DNA of 48,479 nucleotides from Candidatus Saccharimonadia bacterium. Its GTDB lineage: Bacteria; Patescibacteriota; Saccharimonadia; Saccharimonadales; Saccharimonadaceae. A model generated the notes under the pieces. The model was not told where the DNA came from. It ran no database searches and worked only from the letters and a program-made list of their open reading frames with translations. Below are positions 42,990-48,479 of the stretch, in pieces (the stretch's first letter is position 1; every line of letters begins with the position of its first letter). The translations under genes and the position numbers were made by a program. The DNA lies in the NCBI GenBank assembly GCA_023260255.1, contig JALQVV010000079.1, positions 1 to 48,479 of the forward strand, given 5' to 3'.

Positions 42990-44684
42990 ATGAGCCATAA
43001 GTGGGACTACGAAGTAGATTATCTCGTCGCAGGGACAGGAGCTGCAGGATTAAGCGCGGCGATCACAGCCAGAAGAAACGGATTAAACACCTTGGTGATC
43101 GAAAGTATGCCAAAGTGGGGCGGCACGACCGCGCGCTCGGGTGGTGGGCTGTGGATGCCGGCAAACCCGCTGATGCAACGTGACGGCGAAGATGATTCAA
43201 TCGAAGTGGCGTTTCACTACATGAAAGAAGTTGTTGGTGAACCCGGACCATGGTCAAATGATGCTCGTAAGAGGGCGTTTTTGACTGGTATTCACCATTT
43301 TGTCACCATGATCGAAGAAGAAGGCGTCAAGTGGCATCGTACCAACCCCTACCCTGACTACTATCCTGACTTGCCAGGTGGCCGAACAACCCGCGGTATC
43401 GAAGTCAAAGCATTCAACGTACGAAAACTTGGTAAATACCGTAAGCTCGTCATGCCTGGGGGGATACCAGCTGCTATGTACAGCAACGAAATGAACTGGT
43501 TGTCACGCGCATGGTCATCACCAGATGGGTTCTACCATGGCGCTCTGTTTGTGTTTCGTAACCTATGGGGACTGGTCACTGGCCGCCAATTGGTCGGTAT
43601 GGGTCAGGGGCTTGCGAGTGCGTTGATGTGGATTACGCTTAAACACGAAACGCCTGTATGGCTCAGTTCGCCACTCAAAGACCTTGTCGTCGAAGATGGT
43701 CGTGTTGTTGGTGCGATCGTTGAGAAGAAGGGCAAGCAAGTACGTGTCAAGACAAAGCGCGGCGTTATGCTAGCTGCTGGCGGTTTTGCACATAACAAAG
43801 AATGGCGCATGAAATACCAGGGTATTCCTGGCTGGTCGGCGTCACCACAGGGTCAGTTGGGCCAGGGTATCGAAGCAGGTGCCAAAGTTGGCGGTGAACT
43901 GGCAATGATGGAAGATGCCTGGTGGGGTGCCACGATGGCGAGCGTAAATGACAACGACGAATATAGCTTCCTGCTGAGCGAACGTTCAGATCCATTTAGC
44001 TTGATTGTCGACCAAATCGGCAATCGATTCTTGAACGAGTCAGAAAGTTATGTCGATATTGGTCACCATATTCTCAAACACAACAAAGAAACTGATGGTA
44101 AGGCTATTCCGTCATGGCTCGTTACCGATAAACGCCACACACAGAAATTCCTCAACACCACGACATTGATCCCAGGGGTGAAAAAGAAATTCCTTGAAAA
44201 AGGCGAGATTGTTCAGGCTGATACGTTGCCCGAACTCGCACGAAAGATGGGTGTCGACAAAGAAGCATTCCTGGATACAATCCACCGGTTCAATCAGTTT
44301 GCAGTCGATGGTGTCGATCAGGACTTCCAGCGCGGACGCACAGTATATGACAATTTTTATAGTTTGCCGAGCCATAAACCAAATCCGAATCTGGGTACGA
44401 TCGAAAAAGGTCCGTTTACGGCGTATAAAATCTATCCTGCTGATTTGAATACCAAGGGTGGCCTGGTAACCGATGAACACGCACGCGTTCTTCGTAAAGA
44501 CGGTTCGGTTATTGAAGGCCTGTATGCCGCCGGTAACAACACAGCTAGCGTAATGGGGCATACCTATGCTGGTGCTGGTTCAACGCTTGGCCCTGCAACG
44601 GTGTTTGGTTTTCTTGGTGCATTACATGCAGCACAGCCAGCATGGCGCAAAGAAGTCATTGATGGAAAGGACCTCTCTGCCTAA
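42990..44684 (+). CDS. FAD-dependent oxidoreductase, 3-ketosteroid-delta1-dehydrogenase / fumarate-reductase-flavoprotein-like
   Basis: The ATG at 42990 follows GGGGA. It has DYLVAGTGAAGLSAAITARRNGLNTLVIESMPKWGGTTARSGGGLWMP and a C-terminal GLYAAGN motif. Confidence 0.8.
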   Translation: MSHKWDYEVDYLVAGTGAAGLSAAITARRNGLNTLVIESMPKWGGTTARSGGGLWMPANPLMQRDGEDDSIEVAFHYMKEVVGEPGPWSNDARKRAFLTGIHHFVTMIEEEGVKWHRTNPYPDYYPDLPGGRTTRGIEVKAFNVRKLGKYRKLVMPGGIPAAMYSNEMNWLSRAWSSPDGFYHGALFVFRNLWGLVTGRQLVGMGQGLASALMWITLKHETPVWLSSPLKDLVVEDGRVVGAIVEKKGKQVRVKTKRGVMLAAGGFAHNKEWRMKYQGIPGWSASPQGQLGQGIEAGAKVGGELAMMEDAWWGATMASVNDNDEYSFLLSERSDPFSLIVDQIGNRFLNESESYVDIGHHILKHNKETDGKAIPSWLVTDKRHTQKFLNTTTLIPGVKKKFLEKGEIVQADTLPELARKMGVDKEAFLDTIHRFNQFAVDGVDQDFQRGRTVYDNFYSLPSHKPNPNLGTIEKGPFTAYKIYPADLNTKGGLVTDEHARVLRKDGSVIEGLYAAGNNTASVMGHTYAGAGSTLGPATVFGFLGALHAAQPAWRKEVIDGKDLSA

Positions 44685-45790
44685 TGTCGTTTTTTCACCG
44701 TGACGTTCACCACGGGCCGCAAGCTTCAAACAGGCCGCAGTCAGAGCCGGGCCAGTTGAGCGGAGATAACACTGTTGCTGAATGGTTGGATCACCCTGTT
44801 GGCGGAGCGATTTTTCGCGATATGCTGCACAAGGCTGGACAGAATGAGAGCGTTTTACGGATTGTGCGCAGGCTATCATTGAACCGGCTGATTGAAATGA
44901 GCAAAGGTCAGTTCACCCAGGAAATGCTGGACGACATGGTCCGTCGGGCAAATGCAGGTGAGATGCCAGATGGTGCGCCAGTACCAGCCGAAACGACGGC
45001 ACCGGCTAAAACCGAAGAGCCTCTCCCTGAATGGAAAGAAGTCGTAACGCCCGGACGTTTTGATGGTAAAACAGTCATTGTGACTGGTGCCGGGTCAGGT
45101 ATTGGCCGGGCTACGGCGTCACGGGTAGCACGCGAGGGTGGTCGGGTGATTGCAGTTGATATTTCCGAAGAGCGACTTGGGGATCTCAAGCATGAACTAA
45201 ACGATGCAGACATTACAACGATAGTCGGTGACATCACCAATGACGAAAGCATTGAAAAAATCATTCATGCAGCCGGTGATCGGATCGATGCGCTCGCCAA
45301 CGTGGCCGGAATTATGGATAATATGACGCCTCTGCACGAAATGTCCGATGATGTCTGGAACCGCGTTATGAGTGTGAATGTCCTTGGTATGATGAAACTC
45401 AGTCGCGCAGTGTTACCAACCATGTTGAAACAACGTGCCGGGGCGATTGTGAACGTGGGATCAGAGGCCTCACTAAAATCATCTGCCGCCGGGACTGCCT
45501 ATACGACATCGAAGCATGCTGTTGCCGGACTCAGTAAAAGCATGGCATTTATGTATGGTCCCAGCGGTATTCGTACGAATGTTGTGGCACCGGGTGCGGT
45601 ACTGACCAATATCGAGGCCAAATACGAGTCCGAACTAGGTGCTGATCGCGTCAATAGTATCTTACCAACTGCACCAGACGCTGTTGAGGCACCGGTGCTT
45701 GCTGCAAGCATTACATTTCTTCTCAGTGATGATTCGGTGAACATCAACGGTGCTATTTTGCCGTCTGATGGTGGCTGGTCTGTACAGTAG
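44684..45790 (+). CDS. SDR-family oxidoreductase with a ~115-aa N-terminal extension
   Basis: The start overlaps the previous stop (TAATG). It has TVIVTGAGSGIGRA, NVAG and YTTSKHA. Confidence 0.85.
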   Translation: MSFFHRDVHHGPQASNRPQSEPGQLSGDNTVAEWLDHPVGGAIFRDMLHKAGQNESVLRIVRRLSLNRLIEMSKGQFTQEMLDDMVRRANAGEMPDGAPVPAETTAPAKTEEPLPEWKEVVTPGRFDGKTVIVTGAGSGIGRATASRVAREGGRVIAVDISEERLGDLKHELNDADITTIVGDITNDESIEKIIHAAGDRIDALANVAGIMDNMTPLHEMSDDVWNRVMSVNVLGMMKLSRAVLPTMLKQRAGAIVNVGSEASLKSSAAGTAYTTSKHAVAGLSKSMAFMYGPSGIRTNVVAPGAVLTNIEAKYESELGADRVNSILPTAPDAVEAPVLAASITFLLSDDSVNINGAILPSDGGWSVQ

Positions 45791-45856
45791 AGAGTGACTT
45801 TTCTCACCGCACATAACCATCTCTTTTCTCATACTGGAAGTGAAAGGAGATGTTTT

Positions 45857-46291
45857 ATGGTGCATACGAATATCACAGCAAGTGATCTAGGATTACGATT
45901 GGAGCGGAAAGAGCGAGAATTGTTCAAATGGTTTCTCGCCTCTTATTTGTTTGGCAAACGAATCCAGCAAACTGTTGCTCGTCAGACTTGGGAAGTTTTT
46001 ATGAAACATGGTGTCGATACACCGCAAAAGATTGCTGGATCATCGTGGCAGCAACTGGTTGACCTACTGGGCGAAGGACAGTATCGGCGCTATGACGAAT
46101 CGACCGCGCGCAACCTCCATGAAATGGCGCACGAACTGATTCGCGACTATCATGGCAACTTATTGAATATGTATGATTGCTGCGATGATGAAAAGGAATT
46201 TATGAAAAAGTTGCAGAAACTAAAAGGTGTTGGGCCTAAAACGTCCGAAATATTCATGCGCGAAGCCGGACCTGTACTGGCAAGTGTGTGA
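45857..46291 (+). CDS. Helix-hairpin-helix protein (HhH-GPD-superfamily-like)
   Basis: The ATG at 45857 has AAGGAG 7 nt upstream. The HhH motif is LQKLKGVGPKTSEIFMRE. Confidence 0.5.
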   Translation: MVHTNITASDLGLRLERKERELFKWFLASYLFGKRIQQTVARQTWEVFMKHGVDTPQKIAGSSWQQLVDLLGEGQYRRYDESTARNLHEMAHELIRDYHGNLLNMYDCCDDEKEFMKKLQKLKGVGPKTSEIFMREAGPVLASV

Positions 46292-46726
46292 TTGCCGCTA
46301 TATAATGAACACATAACCAAAGCTGAGAACAAAACAGTAGCGACCAATGCCAGCGTCGGTGAGTTTTTAACGCAGCTGGACGAGCAGCAACGGCGCGATA
46401 GTCAACAGCTGATTGAAATTATGAAAGACATTACGGGTGAGCCACCGGTAATGTGGGGTACGAGTATCGTGGGGTTCGGTACGGTGAGTCTGACATATGC
46501 CAGTGGCCGCAAACTTGATTGGCTGCGGATTGGATTTAGCCCCCGAAAGGGTAAATTGTCACTCTACGTCACCTTTGATGCTCAAAAATACAAAACTCAG
46601 TTGGATGAAATGGGTAAATACAAAATAGGAAAGGGCTGTATTTATATCAATAAACTGGACGATATCGATAGAGATAAATTGACCAATATCATTCGTACTG
46701 CCTATGCAAAAGGTTACACAGCGTAA
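46292..46726 (+). CDS. DUF1801 (YdhG-like) domain protein
   Basis: VGEFLTQLDEQQRRDSQQLIEIMKDITGEPPVMWGTSIVGFG...SPRKGKLSLYV. TTG start directly after the previous stop. Confidence 0.65.
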   Translation: MPLYNEHITKAENKTVATNASVGEFLTQLDEQQRRDSQQLIEIMKDITGEPPVMWGTSIVGFGTVSLTYASGRKLDWLRIGFSPRKGKLSLYVTFDAQKYKTQLDEMGKYKIGKGCIYINKLDDIDRDKLTNIIRTAYAKGYTA

Positions 46727-46746
46727 ATCTATAATAGATATAAACA

Positions 46747-46781
46747 ATACAAAGCATGTCCGATCGGACACAAGATGTATA
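46747..46781. promoter_or_regulatory. Second copy of the conserved 35-nt block; perfect palindrome TGTCCGATCGGACA at 46757-46770
   Basis: 30/35 nt are identical to 86-120. It lies just upstream of the promoter at 46788-46817. Confidence 0.45.
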
Positions 46782-46787
46782 AATAGT

Positions 46788-46817
46788 TTGTCATAACTAT
46801 TTTGGTCATGATAGAAT
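46788..46817 (+). promoter_or_regulatory. Candidate promoter for the riboswitch-controlled transcript
   Basis: TTGTCA (46788-46793), 18 nt, extended -10 TGaTAGAAT (46809-46817). Confidence 0.4.
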
Positions 46818-46837
46818 AAACGAGCACGTTAATTAAC

Positions 46838-46995
46838 AAATGTATCCAGAGCGCAGCGAGAGAACTAGCTTGATGACCTGCCGGCAACCTGATTTCAAGG
46901 TGCCCCTTCTAGCCCTAGCGGAAAGATAAGTAATCTTACAAACTCCTTTGTCTTGCCGCGCGGGCGGAAAGATACGTGAAAGGAGTTTTATTTTT
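46838..46995 (+). promoter_or_regulatory. SAM-I-clan riboswitch (aptamer ~46838-46932, minimal P4) with a terminator and SD-sequestering expression platform
   Basis: Core elements appear in the canonical order: AUCCAGAG (J1/2), GCAG...GAUGA...CUGC (P2 with k-turn GAUGA), GGCAACC-loop-GGUGCC (P3) and GAAAGAUAAG (J4/1 and P1). The terminator pairs AAACTCCTTT (46940-46949) with AAAGGAGTTT (46979-46988), followed by TATTTTT. An alternative pairing is 46918-46926 with 46951-46959. Confidence 0.7.
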
Positions 46996-46996
46996 A

Positions 46997-47521
46997 ATGC
47001 CAACAATAGAAACAGCCCGTCTGGCGGTAGCACCGGTATCAGAGAACCATCTTGAGCTTTCTATTGAGGAAGCTTTTGCGTGGCAGGAAATTATTGCCAG
47101 TACCGAGCAGGAGCAGCGAAAAAAGCGTGATGACATTCGTTTTAGTCTTGCTGGCAGGGCACTGTACCTTGTCGTTTTCGAATCGACACGCAGTGAAAAC
47201 GCTGATCCGGAAGTTATTGCAGCACTTGATGAGGCAGCTCATCGAGAGGCTCTTGGCTCCCAGGCGCTTCTCCACTACTACGCAGACACACCAGACGAAA
47301 ACGGTCGTGCTCGGTCATGGTGCCTATGGGTGGATGACAAGAGTGCTCGCCAAGCTGTCGGTGGTCCAGCACATCAAGAGGCTATGAGTCGTGCGCCGGA
47401 ATTTTATGGCGAAAATTATGCCGTACGTTTATTTAGTGTTATTCCGCACGATGAGGGAATCATTTTTTACGAACATACACATTCCCCTACTAAAAGTACG
47501 TCATCACAAGAAAGAGAGTAA
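46997..47521 (+). CDS. Hypothetical soluble protein (174 aa) under riboswitch control
   Basis: The ATG at 46997 has AAGGAG 11 nt upstream, inside the terminator stem. I recognise no family. Confidence 0.7.
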   Translation: MPTIETARLAVAPVSENHLELSIEEAFAWQEIIASTEQEQRKKRDDIRFSLAGRALYLVVFESTRSENADPEVIAALDEAAHREALGSQALLHYYADTPDENGRARSWCLWVDDKSARQAVGGPAHQEAMSRAPEFYGENYAVRLFSVIPHDEGIIFYEHTHSPTKSTSSQERE

Positions 47522-48431
47522 TAAGTATCGCGCCGCACATTATAATAGCGGCTGCAGCGATCTGAGTCAGGTCATGCACTTCAGCGAAATGTGCCAATCG
47601 ACCCCCGCGAAGGAGGGTGAAATTAGTATGATCCATAATATAAACAACACTGACGACCAGGGCGATCATAAGAAGAAATATGCCGATACTCACAATAATT
47701 GGGACAAGTGTAACGGTTGATCCAGGAATAGCGGTAACGAGTCCTCCAGTGCTATTGACCAGTAGATTTTGACCCAAAAAGCCAATGGCGCCGACAAGTA
47801 GTGGCGAAAAGGGAAGTTTCGTCGTGAGCTCGCTTGTCGTTGCTGCGGAAGGTGAACGGTGAGTAATGGGGGCGGCGGGGTGTGGTGCAGCGGCTGCAAC
47901 CGTTTGTGCAGGTAAGTTCCCTGCAGAATTGTTTTGTGATGGAGGAGTGGTTGGTGATAGTGCTACCACTCTATTTTTCACCTGCGCGGGTATGCTATCT
48001 GGGGTGGCAGGATTGGTTACTGTGTTTATGAGTGCAGGTACTACTGGGGTATTTACGGTGACATCAATAAGTGGTGGAGACGTTTCCTGAGGAGAAGCAG
48101 CTGGTAGTGCCACTTCGGCACCAAGTGTATCTGGGGTTGAGTTGATTTGGACGGGTATGAGTTGATTCGTTTGATCGGTAATTGGGGTCACGATCTGATC
48201 AAGCACAGTGTCGCCAATTGGTAAGTCCACTTCTGCGATGACGGGGAGAGCTACTGCCGAGGTTGAAGCAGTGGGGAAGGTAGCCAAAAATAGGCTGGCG
48301 GCGAACAGGCAAACTGCAATACAGAGCATCCTTGCTGTCGTACCTATTGCGCGTGTATTCATAGGCAGCACCTTATTCCCCTTTGTTCCATTGTAGCAAA
48401 CCACCACAGCTGTAACAATTTTCACATTCAA
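47490..48431 (-). CDS. Hypothetical Pro/Thr-rich membrane protein
   Basis: 313-aa ORF (alternative ATG at 48362). It has a signal-like MLCIAVCLFAASLFLA and two C-terminal TM helices. Its 3' end overlaps the convergent gene by about 30 nt. Confidence 0.6.
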   Translation of the reverse strand: MNVKIVTAVVVCYNGTKGNKVLPMNTRAIGTTARMLCIAVCLFAASLFLATFPTASTSAVALPVIAEVDLPIGDTVLDQIVTPITDQTNQLIPVQINSTPDTLGAEVALPAASPQETSPPLIDVTVNTPVVPALINTVTNPATPDSIPAQVKNRVVALSPTTPPSQNNSAGNLPAQTVAAAAPHPAAPITHRSPSAATTSELTTKLPFSPLLVGAIGFLGQNLLVNSTGGLVTAIPGSTVTLVPIIVSIGIFLLMIALVVSVVYIMDHTNFTLLRGGRLAHFAEVHDLTQIAAAAIIMCGAILITLFLVMTYF

Positions 48432-48479
48432 ACCTCGCGATGGTCGGTATAGTAAAACCTGTCATTACTAAACAAGGAG

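Noticed and set aside
46833-47136. Two 66-aa minus-strand ORFs across the riboswitch region.
   Set aside because: They overlap the conserved aptamer, the terminator and the 5' end of the regulated gene. The RNA-structure explanation accounts for the sequence conservation better.

Overview
This is a chromosomal segment with about 45 supportable CDSs, one tRNA, and no rRNA, CRISPR array, transposase or integrase. Divergent housekeeping proteins, giant surface proteins and many small accessory genes suggest a small-genome monoderm such as a Saccharibacteria/Patescibacteria-like organism, but that is inference only.

Layout:
- 0.2-2.8 kb: envelope-associated genes.
- 2.8-13.3 kb (minus strand): a three-gene operon. 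It encodes a 1172-aa surface protein with CBM-like domains, a 1918-aa giant with an ALK-type glycine-rich domain plus at least 17 Kelch-like blades, and a Pro-rich membrane protein.
- 13.5-20.0 kb (plus strand): a tightly coupled F1 ATP synthase operon (delta-like, alpha, gamma, beta, short epsilon). It is headed by two non-canonical genes where Fo a/c/b would normally sit.
- 20.0-21.1 kb: a membrane-anchored beta-helix protein with a lectin-like C-terminus.
- 21.1-29.6 kb: a duplicated cluster of secreted paralogues ending in a PAG-Y ... aromatic C-terminal strand. Each module ends in a DUF916/DUF3324-like (WxL-interacting-protein-like) membrane-anchored protein. I read this as a WxL/Csc-like or pilus-like surface assembly system.
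- 29.6 kb: tRNA-Asn(GTT), followed by a split duplicate of its 3' end.
- 29.9-35.4 kb: an AT-richer accessory stretch. It carries an AAA ATPase plus RloB-like two-gene defence-type module, a YegP-like gene, a roughly 200-nt structured RNA candidate and small enzymes.
- 35.5-46.7 kb: a TetR/SDR pair with a perfect operator palindrome, a heliorhodopsin, an orphan KwaB-like (DUF4868) gene, and a KstD-like flavoprotein plus SDR.
- 46.8-47.0 kb: a SAM-I-clan riboswitch with a terminator, in front of an uncharacterised gene.

All domain calls come from motif recognition by eye. None has been checked by HMM or covariance-model search.
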